DNA from: Candidatus Firestoneibacteriota bacterium
Lineage (GTDB): Bacteria > Oederibacteriota > D2-FULL-39-29 > JBDRBU01
Assembly (NCBI GenBank): GCA_043822305.1
Contig: JBDRBU010000048.1
Location: 1-34,091, forward strand
Direction of reading: 5' to 3'
Length of the DNA: 34,091 bases
Positions 1 to 9,039 of this stretch are shown in pieces. Position 1 is the first letter of the stretch, and each line of letters starts with the position of its first letter. The position numbers and the translations under genes were made by a program. Below the pieces are notes generated by a model. It saw nothing but the letters and a program-made list of their open reading frames with translations. It was not told the origin of the DNA and ran no database searches.

Positions 1-142
1 GCAGACTTGATCATCTCAAACTCTATCAAATTATTCATTACTTATCCCCAAAATAGCCTTAAACGAGTCAAATTCAAAAAACTCTCTCATATATTTAGAC
101 TTACATCATTTCTCTGCATTAAACTTGAGGAAGTTTCTAAAT

Positions 143-237
143 GTAAGTATTCAGTAAAAGCCGTCCAATTTTTAATTCCCCCTTAACAAAGGGGGAATAT
201 GGGAATATAATTCTCACGGCTTTCACTGACTATTTAC
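143..237. mobile_element. MITE-like element with GTAA-starting terminal inverted repeats
   Basis: GTAAGTATTCAGTAAAAGCCGT (143-164) matches the reverse complement of 216-237 (GTAAATAGTCAGTGAAAGCCGT) at 19/22; internal hairpin CCCCCTTAACAAAGGGGG; AAAT on both flanks. Confidence 0.6.
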
Positions 238-305
238 AAATAAATAATTAGGAATGCACCGCGAAGCGGGTGCGAGCCTGCGTATTATTTGCCACCATAT
301 TACAT

Positions 306-328
306 CGCAACCTAAAGGTTGCGGCTAC
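306..328 (-). repeat. GTAG-type REP palindrome
   Basis: Minus strand GTAGC-CGCAACC-TTTA-GGTTGCG, just downstream of the 336..1499 stop. Confidence 0.75.
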
Positions 329-335
329 CCTATTT

Positions 336-1499
336 TTAATAACTATATGATACGCCCACGCTAACATTTAATATTCTGTAGTTATATTTTATATATTCCT
401 GATATTTCATGTTAGAGTCTGAAACTAGATAACTTATGCCTGCTACGGCATTAAGTTGCTGCATTATTGGATATTTTAAACTTAACCCGAGAGTATTTTC
501 CATATCTTTTTGGCTATCGGCTAAATAACTTCCATCAGATTCGCTTGCTTTTCTATCCTTATAACTTCTTATAAGAATTGAATAGAAAACTCCCAGATTT
601 AAATCTCCCATAGTAAATGTAATATATGGTTTAAAACTAATACTTAAATAAGTATAGTAATTTGGTAAGGGTATTAATTTATTTGTATCATAAAGGTCAA
701 CATTTGAACTATAATATGTTAGATTAGAATCCAATCCAGCTGTTGTTGTCTCAGATAAGGGAGTTCCTAAACTTAAATCTAGATAATGGGCAATATCTTT
801 TCTTTTTGTATCGGAAATTAGTCCCTGATCAGTTCTTGAATAACTATCTAAATAATCTTTAATTAACAGATTGTAAGATAAATCTGAATAAATCTCAGAG
901 AATTTATATTTCCAACCACTTGAAATATTAATAGCATTAAAATCCTTTGGTTTTTCTTCTTTCCCTTCTACTACGGTAGAATCTAAGGATTTATAATTTG
1001 GATATTTTCTTTGATAATACTTTACTCCAAGACTTATTGGAAATGGTTTTTCGTCCAAAAAGAGATTGTAAGCAGAAGAAACAGAGCCACCTATATCATA
1101 AAGGTCATATAAGCCCTTCCCAAAAGATTCATCTTTTGTTTCAACATTTAAATTATATCTGCCATCTAAACTTACCTTTGTTTCAATTTCTTTGCTAAAT
1201 TTATGTTTATATCCAGTTGAAAGTAAATTATTCATTCTTCTTAAAAACAAGGTCTCTTCTTCTATTACAAACTCACTTGCACTGAAATTAAAACTATATA
1301 TTGGAAGTAAATAATCAGATTCATCAAATTTAAATGCTGGCATTAAAAATAAAGAGCCAACACCAGATGCGCTTCCATTACTTCCAGTTACTGATGAATA
1401 CCCTACCCTTAAATCAGCATCAATTATAGGGATGAATTTTATGTCACAATACGCAGAGATTGAAAGTGCTATTAGAAAAATTAAAACAATTTTTTTCAT
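336..1499 (-). CDS. Putative outer-membrane beta-barrel protein
   Basis: Signal peptide MKKIVLIFLIALSISAYC; many alternating hydrophobic/aromatic strands; C-terminal VSVGVSYSY resembles a BamA beta-signal; AGGAGG SD. Confidence 0.65.
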   Translation of the reverse strand: MKKIVLIFLIALSISAYCDIKFIPIIDADLRVGYSSVTGSNGSASGVGSLFLMPAFKFDESDYLLPIYSFNFSASEFVIEEETLFLRRMNNLLSTGYKHKFSKEIETKVSLDGRYNLNVETKDESFGKGLYDLYDIGGSVSSAYNLFLDEKPFPISLGVKYYQRKYPNYKSLDSTVVEGKEEKPKDFNAINISSGWKYKFSEIYSDLSYNLLIKDYLDSYSRTDQGLISDTKRKDIAHYLDLSLGTPLSETTTAGLDSNLTYYSSNVDLYDTNKLIPLPNYYTYLSISFKPYITFTMGDLNLGVFYSILIRSYKDRKASESDGSYLADSQKDMENTLGLSLKYPIMQQLNAVAGISYLVSDSNMKYQEYIKYNYRILNVSVGVSYSY

Positions 1500-1514
1500 T
1501 TTGTCTCCTCCTTT

Positions 1515-3068
1515 TTAATATAATTCGTTAAATATTTTTGGTAGAACTATTAAATCTATTGTTCTACCATCAAATTCTGTTGCTTCATAAACCAATTCCC
1601 AGTTATATTTTAATAAAGTATTTTGAAATTCATAAAAATTTACTGAATTAAACACATCAAGTACACTGTGTACGGTGCCACTGTCATCCACCAGATAAAG
1701 TCCGGTTTTAAAATATGTTTCATCAGGATATATATGTGTTATCATAAACCCACCTTCTTTCGTTAAAGAAAGTTCAACATCAAACGGTAAATTTGGGTTC
1801 CCTGATGTGTTCTGCCCCATATGGACGCCATTTAAGTCAATATATTCTGCTTTGTTGAATGTTTCTGCGATATTGTTATATGTTAATTTAAACTCCCATT
1901 TTTCAACATCATTTATTTTAAAAGTTTCTATAAATGGCTGTCTATAAAAACCAAAATCTCCGGAATTATCAAATATCGGGTCGTCAAAATTTACAATATT
2001 TTTTATAGTATCTCCAAAAGGATTTCTTAAGACAGATATTTCTTTGGTAAGATAGTATTCTAATGGTTTATCCGGATTAAACCAATCATCTCCATATAAA
2101 GCAATTTTTACATCCATAAAATTCTTTGGCAGGTCTTTATTAAAAATATCACTTATTTCAAGTGATGATACGCCTGCATTTGGGCCGCCTTCTCTTTTTG
2201 TAATATTTAACATCATAATAGTATTTGGTTTTGGTCTTAAAACATAATTATCGGTTCTTACTCTATATCCATGCATATCCATGGCTGATTTACCAAGCTG
2301 GACATCAGAGATTCGCTCTAATAAATCCTGTTTATCTTCTAAATTTGACCTATCTTTTATTTCAAGTAAATCTGACCTTAACTCGCGGATTTCTCTTTGT
2401 AGATTTTTAGAATCGTCTTCTATTCCAATAGTTTGGGCTGTTGTAGGTTTTTCTAATTTCATCCCAGTTTCGAATATTTCTTTAATCGTTTTTTGTTCTT
2501 CAGGAGAGAGTTCTCTTGGATTATTCAACAGCCCTTCTTTAAAATACGCTTTCTCATTTTCTTTTATGAAAATTTCTTTTTCTCTTAATATATCTGATAA
2601 AGCAACAATACCTTCCAAAACTAATACTTCTGTTTCTTCATTTGTTGTTTCCATTACAAATTCAGTTCCTTTTACGGCGGCAATAACTTTTGGCGAATGA
2701 ATTTCAAATGAATCATCCTGGTTTAATTTACTTACTTTTGCTTTTATCTTGCCAAAGAAGAGTTTTAGTATTGAGTTTTGAGAATTATTAGTAGATTTAA
2801 TCTGAACTAAATCTAAATTTGAATTTTCTCTTAAATTCAAAGTTGTACCATTAGAAAATTTTAATTCTGCTTTCCCGTTTTTTGTTCTTATCTTGTCGGC
2901 TGTATTTAGGTTTTGATTTAAGTTTACTTGTTGCCATTCACCTCCGGCTATAGATACCTCAACTTCGCCACTTAACTCCGTGATTGTAACAAAAGAACTT
3001 TGTTCTGCCATAGTAGTAATGGCAAAAACAAAACACAAGAACATCCCAATAAGAAAATTTTTATACAT
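1515..3068 (-). CDS. Exported FecR-domain protein with unknown C-terminal domain
   Basis: Signal peptide; FecR-like motifs DKIRTKNGKAELKFSNGTTLNLRENS and FEIHSPKVIAAVKGTEF...VLVLEGIV; AGGAGGT SD. Confidence 0.75.
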   Translation of the reverse strand: MYKNFLIGMFLCFVFAITTMAEQSSFVTITELSGEVEVSIAGGEWQQVNLNQNLNTADKIRTKNGKAELKFSNGTTLNLRENSNLDLVQIKSTNNSQNSILKLFFGKIKAKVSKLNQDDSFEIHSPKVIAAVKGTEFVMETTNEETEVLVLEGIVALSDILREKEIFIKENEKAYFKEGLLNNPRELSPEEQKTIKEIFETGMKLEKPTTAQTIGIEDDSKNLQREIRELRSDLLEIKDRSNLEDKQDLLERISDVQLGKSAMDMHGYRVRTDNYVLRPKPNTIMMLNITKREGGPNAGVSSLEISDIFNKDLPKNFMDVKIALYGDDWFNPDKPLEYYLTKEISVLRNPFGDTIKNIVNFDDPIFDNSGDFGFYRQPFIETFKINDVEKWEFKLTYNNIAETFNKAEYIDLNGVHMGQNTSGNPNLPFDVELSLTKEGGFMITHIYPDETYFKTGLYLVDDSGTVHSVLDVFNSVNFYEFQNTLLKYNWELVYEATEFDGRTIDLIVLPKIFNELY

Positions 3069-3090
3069 AATTCACCTCCTGTTTAATTTA

Positions 3091-3119
3091 ATTATACCAT
3101 AAAAAAAAATATTTTTCAA
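3091..3119 (-). promoter_or_regulatory. Sigma70-type promoter for the FecR/beta-barrel operon
   Basis: Minus strand TTGAAA-17 bp-TATAAT with TG extended -10. Confidence 0.65.
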
Positions 3120-3137
3120 CCAAAAAAGATAAATTCT

Positions 3138-3189
3138 GGGGTCAGAATCAAGATCTTCCTCTTTTCCTTTTAAAAATGACTCTGACCCC
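3138..3189. repeat. Inverted repeat GGGGTCAGAATCA...TGACTCTGACCCC
   Basis: 12/13 inverted match; 3177-3194 is the exact reverse complement of 20864-20881. Confidence 0.7.
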
Positions 3190-3207
3190 TTTTTCTCTTT
3201 TTTTCTC

Positions 3208-3236
3208 TTGACAGGTGTTGGTAATTATTATATACT
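3208..3236 (+). promoter_or_regulatory. Sigma70-type promoter for smc
   Basis: TTGACA-17 bp-TATACT. Confidence 0.75.
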
Positions 3237-3291
3237 ACATATAGATATTTTTTTGAATGTAAACACAATGTAAAGTATTGAGAGGGTCTAA

Positions 3292-6282
3292 TTGAGATTA
3301 AAGAAGTTAGAACTTTATAGTTTTAAATCTTTTGCCAACAAAACCGAGATAGTATTTGAGCCTGGTATTACTTGTATTGTAGGCCCAAATGGTGTAGGAA
3401 AATCAAATATTGTTGATGCTATTCGTTGGGTTCTGGGTGAACAAAGTGCAAAGTCTCTTCGCACAAATTTAATGGAGCATTGTATCTTTGATGGAACTGA
3501 TTATAGAAAACCTCTTGGGATGGCAGAGGTTTCTTTAGAATTTTCAGAATTAAAAGGTCAACTCGCCTTAAATTTTGAAGAAGTTAGAATCACTCGCCGA
3601 ATCTTCCGTAATGCCGAATGTGAATATTTTATAAATAACTCACCATCGCGGTTAAAAGATATAACCGAATTTTTATTAGATTCTGGAATTGGAGCAGATA
3701 CTTATTTTATAATGGAACAAGGCAAAATGGATGCGATTTTAAGTTCTAAACCTGTTGATCGAAGAGCTATATTTGAAGAAGCAGCAGGAATATCAAAATA
3801 TAAATTAAAAAAGGAAGAAGCACTTAGAAAATTAGAACAAGCGGAACAAAACTCAGTCAGAGTAAAAGATATAATTGCTGAAGTAAAAAGACAGGTTAAT
3901 AGTCTAGAGAGATACGCAAAAAAAGCAGAAAAATATAAAAAATTAACAGAGGAATTAAAAGAAATCGAAATTAGTTTAAAGGGTTGCGAATATAATAAAT
4001 TTTCTGAAGGACTCAATAATTTAACGAAAATAGAAGAATCTTTAAAAAAAGAGGTAACTGATTTACAGAATAATATAAGTAGTGAAGAAATTAGACTAAA
4101 AGATGGTAGAATCCAACTTTTGGAAGAAGAGAAAAATTTAAACTTAAAACAAGAGGAATTTTATAAATTAGCCAATGAGATAAATAATATTTTTAACAAA
4201 ATTAATTTACTTGATGAAAAGAAAGAAGGTTTAGTTAAAAATATTGATGATATTAATTTTAAAGTATTAGAACTTGATAAAAAAGAACAAAATATAATTT
4301 TTCAGATTGAAAATACAAAAAAAGAGTATGATGAAACAGTAAAATCCTTATCTTTCGAAAAAGAGAATATTAATAAACAAACAGAAATAACGAAAGTAGT
4401 TAAAGAAAAATTTAAAGATAACGAGAAAGCATTAAAAGAATTAAGAATAGAAATCTTCGATATTATAAATCAAGGGCTTCATCTGAAAAATGAGATAAAA
4501 AATTTTGAAAACAAAGAAAATGAACTAAAATATAAAACAGAAAAGATTACTAAAAAAATAGAAGAGTTAATAATCTCTAAAAATGCAAACGAAAGCAAAC
4601 TTTTAGAGTTTAAAAAAGTCTTTCCAGGTATAGGAGAAACTGGTAATTTTACTTCAGTCAAGGGGATTTATGAATATACTAGTCATGAAATAAAAAATAT
4701 AGAAGGTATTGAAAAAGAAATAAATTCTCATTTTAAAGAAGTAGAAAAAGGGGAAGATTTAAGTTTTATAAGAAGCGTTTTAAATAAAATAAGAGAAAAA
4801 TGGGGAAATTATGTTAGTAAAATCAAGCCTTTATTTTTAATACTACAGGATGTTGAAGGAGTAGTGGCTAAGAAGCAAGAAGAACAGAATGTATCTGATG
4901 AGATGGAGAGGATTGATAAAGAGATAAAATTACAAAATCTAGAAGGACAACAAATACAAGAAGAATTAAAAGATATAAAAGGTGGTAAAGAAACTGCTAT
5001 TCCAAAACTTAATGAGGTTCAAAATAAACAAAAAGAAAATGAAGAAAAAATAAAAAGATTAGAAGATGAAATAAATAGTGCCAGAAAAAGTGAAGAGGAA
5101 GACAACACAAAATGGACAGACTTTAAGGTAAGATTAACATTTCTTGAACAAAAAGACATAAATTTAAATAACGAAATTAGCAGACTTAAACTTAATCTTG
5201 AAGAAATCGAAGTTAATAAAAAATCGTTTTATAAGGAAATACAGGATAAGAGTCAACAAAAAAACTATGTAGAAATAGAAATTGAAACATTAAATAAGTT
5301 TTTAAAAGAAACAAATCCGAAAAAGGCTGAATTAGAAAATAATCTTGCTGAAGAAAAGAAAAATAATGAAGAAATTAGAAAGGCATTTTATAAAGATGAA
5401 GAAAATCTTAGAGAATACAGAAAAGCATACGAAGAAAAGCAAAGAACATCATACGAAACCAGTATTAAAATAAATGAGTTGTCACTTAAATCTAAGAACT
5501 GTAAAGAACAAATTTTAAGAGATTATAATATAGATTTAACAAATTATAAATCAGAAAAAGATTATCTTAAGGATAATAATATAAGCATTGAATCTGCTTT
5601 AGTAAAAACAGAAGAGATAAAACATTCCATAGAAGAAATTGGTCCAGTTAATCTTGTGGCCATGGAGGAGTTTGAAGAATTGCAGCATAGATTATCTTAT
5701 TTAACAAATCAAGAGAAAGACCTTGTAGAATCAAAGCAGTCCCTGATAAAAACGATACACTCACTTAATCAAATTAGTAAAGAACTATTTTTGGAAACAT
5801 TTACAAAGGTAAAAAATAATTTTAATGAAGTATTTAGAAAATTATTTAATGGAGGGCATGCCGATTTAATACTTATTGATGAAAATAATTTATTAGAAAC
5901 AGGAATAGAAATAATTGCCTGGCCACAAGGTAAAAGACCAAAAGATGTATCTTTACTTTCAGGAGGAGAAAAAGCCTTAACGGCTATAGGGCTGCTTTTT
6001 GCTGTGTTTATGGTAAAACCTTCCCCATTCTGTATATTAGATGAAATAGATGCTCCCTTAGATGATTCAAATGTTATTAGATTCAGAGATATGCTAAAAA
6101 ACACATTTAGTAATGTGCAATTCTTAATAGTCACACATAATAAACTTACCATGGAAATCGCAGATGTTTTATATGGTGTTACCCAAGCAGAACCAGGAGT
6201 ATCACAGGTATTGTCTTATAAACTTAAAGAAGAATCTTTAGCCTCTAAACCCGCCCAGATAAAAGAACAAACTGCTGTTTAA
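3292..6282 (+). CDS. smc: Chromosome segregation protein SMC, short and lacking a recognisable hinge
   Basis: FKSFA, Walker A GPNGVGKSN, Q-loop EQG, FEEAAG, GPVNL, signature LSGGEK, Walker B/D-loop LDEIDAPLDD, VTH; long coiled coils; TTG start. Confidence 0.9.
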   Translation: MRLKKLELYSFKSFANKTEIVFEPGITCIVGPNGVGKSNIVDAIRWVLGEQSAKSLRTNLMEHCIFDGTDYRKPLGMAEVSLEFSELKGQLALNFEEVRITRRIFRNAECEYFINNSPSRLKDITEFLLDSGIGADTYFIMEQGKMDAILSSKPVDRRAIFEEAAGISKYKLKKEEALRKLEQAEQNSVRVKDIIAEVKRQVNSLERYAKKAEKYKKLTEELKEIEISLKGCEYNKFSEGLNNLTKIEESLKKEVTDLQNNISSEEIRLKDGRIQLLEEEKNLNLKQEEFYKLANEINNIFNKINLLDEKKEGLVKNIDDINFKVLELDKKEQNIIFQIENTKKEYDETVKSLSFEKENINKQTEITKVVKEKFKDNEKALKELRIEIFDIINQGLHLKNEIKNFENKENELKYKTEKITKKIEELIISKNANESKLLEFKKVFPGIGETGNFTSVKGIYEYTSHEIKNIEGIEKEINSHFKEVEKGEDLSFIRSVLNKIREKWGNYVSKIKPLFLILQDVEGVVAKKQEEQNVSDEMERIDKEIKLQNLEGQQIQEELKDIKGGKETAIPKLNEVQNKQKENEEKIKRLEDEINSARKSEEEDNTKWTDFKVRLTFLEQKDINLNNEISRLKLNLEEIEVNKKSFYKEIQDKSQQKNYVEIEIETLNKFLKETNPKKAELENNLAEEKKNNEEIRKAFYKDEENLREYRKAYEEKQRTSYETSIKINELSLKSKNCKEQILRDYNIDLTNYKSEKDYLKDNNISIESALVKTEEIKHSIEEIGPVNLVAMEEFEELQHRLSYLTNQEKDLVESKQSLIKTIHSLNQISKELFLETFTKVKNNFNEVFRKLFNGGHADLILIDENNLLETGIEIIAWPQGKRPKDVSLLSGGEKALTAIGLLFAVFMVKPSPFCILDEIDAPLDDSNVIRFRDMLKNTFSNVQFLIVTHNKLTMEIADVLYGVTQAEPGVSQVLSYKLKEESLASKPAQIKEQTAV

Positions 6283-6427
6283 AGGGGACAGCGACTATTA
6301 AAACTGTTTCGTTCTTTCACATACACATATTACCAGATCAGAAGTCATAGCAAACAGCCACATTTTTTTGGATTTTCTCAAATTTTGAAAGTTTGACTTC
6401 CCATAATGTAAATAATATTAGGAATAG

Positions 6428-6445
6428 TTGTTCGCCAAAGCGAAC
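6428..6445. terminator. Hairpin between convergent smc and arsM
   Basis: TGTTCGC-CAAA-GCGAACA perfect 7-bp stem; no strong U tract. Confidence 0.3.
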
Positions 6446-6456
6446 AGACTATGACC

Positions 6457-7263
6457 CTATTTCACACCCGAAATTTTTATGCTAACTATTGAATCTGTTA
6501 TTTCTTTTAATATTTTTTTAGATATCTTCAAATCTTTTATAATGGCTTTTACTGTTGGAGCATTAGCCATACAATTAATTGGCAAAAATGTTTCTTCTAT
6601 TGTATCAATTTTCCGGAATCCTGTCTTTTTTATTATACATAAATACTTATCTTTCATCATTGCTCCTGAAAGACAACCGATATAAGCATCTACTGATTTC
6701 TTCACTACATCAGGAAGTTTTTTTAATAAAACAATATCCGAAATCATCAGTCTGCCTCCTGGTTTTAAAACCCTGTATGCTTCACTAAAAACTTTCTTTT
6801 TATCAGGTGAAAGGTTAATCACACAATTGGAGATAATTACATCAACAGAATTATCATCTACTGGCAAATTTTCAATCTCTGCAAGTCTAAATTCTACATT
6901 TTTGTAGCCCACTTTTTTAGCGTTTTTTTGTGCTTTTTTTATCATTTCAGGTGTCATGTCTACACCAATAACTTTTCCATTATTTCCAACTTTATTAGCA
7001 GCAAGAAAACAGTCAAAACCTGCACCTGAACCTAAATCGAGCACAATCTCTCCTTTCTTTAAAGAAGCAAGAGCCACAGGATTTCCACAGCCAAGACCTA
7101 AATTTGTACCTTCAGGAACTGCTTCAATCTCTTCGTCTTTATAACCCATCTTCTTGCTGATATTTTTTGATAAATCAGAACCTCCACAGCAAGAAGGACT
7201 TTCATTTTTAGCTATTTTACTATATTCTTCTTTTACCAATTTTTTTATTTTAGCATTATTCAT
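6457..7263 (-). CDS. arsM: Arsenite S-adenosylmethionine methyltransferase
   Basis: N-terminal [36 protein letters not shown]: the conserved ArsM cysteines plus the SAM motif. Confidence 0.92.
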   Translation of the reverse strand: MNNAKIKKLVKEEYSKIAKNESPSCCGGSDLSKNISKKMGYKDEEIEAVPEGTNLGLGCGNPVALASLKKGEIVLDLGSGAGFDCFLAANKVGNNGKVIGVDMTPEMIKKAQKNAKKVGYKNVEFRLAEIENLPVDDNSVDVIISNCVINLSPDKKKVFSEAYRVLKPGGRLMISDIVLLKKLPDVVKKSVDAYIGCLSGAMMKDKYLCIIKKTGFRKIDTIEETFLPINCMANAPTVKAIIKDLKISKKILKEITDSIVSIKISGVK

Positions 7264-7362
7264 TTTATTCCCCTCCTATTTTTGTAATACTGTTGTCCTG
7301 TATAAAATAGGCGATGCAAAAAGCACCATCAGGTAACTACAACCACTAAAAATAGTTACTGT

Positions 7363-7460
7363 GGGACCGTCCGATAATTAGTATTTTTGAAGTTTTGGAT
7401 TCTAAAAAACCTTATTTTACAATGCCTAATTTTTTAAAAAGTGAATTGTTGGACAATCCC
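7363..7460. mobile_element. 98-bp MITE-like element with 4-bp target duplication
   Basis: GGGACCGTCCGATAATT vs reverse-complement end GGGATTGTCCAACAATT (13/17); CTGT directly flanks both ends (7359-7362, 7461-7464). Confidence 0.7.
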
Positions 7461-7465
7461 CTGTC

Positions 7466-8251
7466 CTATTTTTTTCCAACATATATTCCATAACCAAAAT
7501 ATTCTTTTTTGGCTTTTTCAACAAAATTATCTAGTTCATTCATCCTATCTCTTATCTTTTTATTGAATAACTGTTTACAGAAAATCTTAATGGCTTTTAA
7601 TAGCCCAAGGTCACTTAAACCACAGGGACATTCCATATCATAACTTTTTGACGCTATCTCTGTTAAACCACTGCCAAAAATCAATTTTCTCCAGTTATCA
7701 AATGTTTTAGCATTTTGGAAAAATCCACAGATATTCTCTGCTTCTTTAAAAAACTCTTTTGGTGGTTGTTCCTTCCATGTTATTTCTAATATACCAACAT
7801 ACCCATGAGGTTTTGTCACCCTAATTGCTTCTTTAATTGCTTTTTCTTGATTGCTTACCATAATCAAGACTGCCTGAAATATAACAACATCAAATTCATT
7901 ATCAGGAAGTGGAATATTTTCTGCATTTGCTACTTTGAAAGTTAATTTATCTTCCAATCCTTTCTTTTTTGCAAGGTCCTTCGCTTGATTGATTAAATTT
8001 TCATCAAGGTCAATCCCTACTACTGAACATCCAAATTTTTCAACTAAATAGCAATCATTTGTTCCTTTCGCACAGGCAATATCCAAAACCTTTGTATCTT
8101 TATTGATATCGCATAGGTTAGCCATTTCATTAGTTGCCTTAAAACCACCTGGATGGAGAACAGGCAATTCCATAACATTTGCCATAAAATCAAATGTATC
8201 ACATTTTTCAATATCAACTGCACAATATTTATTTTTATCTTGATATGTCAT
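7466..8251 (-). CDS. Class I SAM-dependent methyltransferase
   Basis: LHPGG, VLDIACAKG, VGIDLD, AENIPLPDNEFDVV, RVTKPHG; several additional Cys (CPC). Confidence 0.88.
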   Translation of the reverse strand: MTYQDKNKYCAVDIEKCDTFDFMANVMELPVLHPGGFKATNEMANLCDINKDTKVLDIACAKGTNDCYLVEKFGCSVVGIDLDENLINQAKDLAKKKGLEDKLTFKVANAENIPLPDNEFDVVIFQAVLIMVSNQEKAIKEAIRVTKPHGYVGILEITWKEQPPKEFFKEAENICGFFQNAKTFDNWRKLIFGSGLTEIASKSYDMECPCGLSDLGLLKAIKIFCKQLFNKKIRDRMNELDNFVEKAKKEYFGYGIYVGKK

Positions 8252-8526
8252 TTTTTATCACCTCCTTTGTTTTCTTCTTTAAACATAGGACCAAGAAAAC
8301 TTTTTGCCATCTGTGCAAGATATTCCTCTTTAATTAAAGCAATACAACATACCTTGCCATCCTCTTCCCAATTTACAACTGCAAGTTTATCCCCCGGCTT
8401 AATCTTTGCTTTATTTCTTAAATCCTTTGGAAGCACTAACTGTCCCCTCTCATCTATAGTTGCCATTGCCTCAACCTTACAACAACATCCAGTACTACAA
8501 CTTTTAATATTTCTTTTTCTTACCAT
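8248..8526 (-). CDS. Cys-rich AbrB/MazE/SpoVT-fold protein, HgcC-like (HgcAB-associated family)
   Basis: AbrB motif TIDERGQLVLPKDLRNKAKIKPGDKL; CSTGCCC and GKVCC clusters; overlaps the next gene by 4 nt. Confidence 0.8.
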   Translation of the reverse strand: MVRKRNIKSCSTGCCCKVEAMATIDERGQLVLPKDLRNKAKIKPGDKLAVVNWEEDGKVCCIALIKEEYLAQMAKSFLGPMFKEENKGGDKK

Positions 8527-8545
8527 TTTTGTTCCCTCCTTATTT

Positions 8546-8570
8546 ATCAGAATAATCAGATTATTCTGAT
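8546..8570. promoter_or_regulatory. Perfect 12-1-12 palindrome, candidate operator
   Basis: ATCAGAATAATC-A-GATTATTCTGAT between the -10 box and SD of the AbrB-like gene. Confidence 0.7.
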
Positions 8571-8577
8571 TTATCTG

Positions 8578-8606
8578 ATTATATAAAATTTACAGAGAGT
8601 TGTCAA
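8578..8606 (-). promoter_or_regulatory. Consensus sigma70 promoter for the AbrB-like/methyltransferase/arsM operon
   Basis: Minus strand TTGACA-17 bp-TATAAT, exact consensus. Confidence 0.85.
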
Positions 8607-8681
8607 GTGGTTTTTGAAAAAATATGTTGATTTTATACATTTCCTTTGATAAAATCATTAAGTAAGAAACATATGTAAATC

Positions 8682-8899
8682 GTAAATATTCAGTGGTTAT
8701 GTTAAGAGATGAAAAAAGTCTATTTGTAAATCCTTACTGAATACCATCATTGCGAATGGATTAATCAAATGTAGTTAAGCATCTTTAGATGCTGTTCAAT
8801 TGTTTTTGAAGAGATTGTCACGGAGCTCCCTACTGTCGCCTTGCAATGACAAGCAGGAATTTATTAAAATGTAGTGTAATGAGTTCAGTGAATACTTAC
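8682..8899. mobile_element. Degenerate GTAA-ended MITE-like element with nested repeats
   Basis: GTAAATATTCAGTG vs reverse-complement end GTAAGTATTCACTG (12/14), similar to the ends at 143-237; no clear target duplication. Confidence 0.5.
8771..8793 (+). repeat. GTAG-type REP palindrome
   Basis: GTAGTTA-AGCATC-TTTA-GATGCT. Confidence 0.7.
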
Positions 8900-9016
8900 A
8901 TAACAAGTGAGTATTTACTGTAAATCTTTACTGAATACCGTTATTGTGAACGGAGATTGAAGCAATTTCAATGATTTATAGAGATTGGATTACTTGCTAA
9001 CATGGTTTAAAGAAAC

Positions 9017-9039
9017 ATGGTCTAAAGACCATTAACTAC
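9017..9039 (-). repeat. GTAG-type REP palindrome
   Basis: Minus strand GTAGTTA-ATGGTC-TTTA-GACCAT. Confidence 0.7.

Noticed and set aside
1..38. Possible gene start on the minus strand (MNNLIEFEMIKS) running off the window
   Set aside because: Only 12 codons visible with a weak SD; cannot be supported
6457..8526. Selenocysteine recoding in the Cys-rich methylation operon
   Set aside because: All three frames are complete without internal TGA, and I see no SECIS-like hairpin
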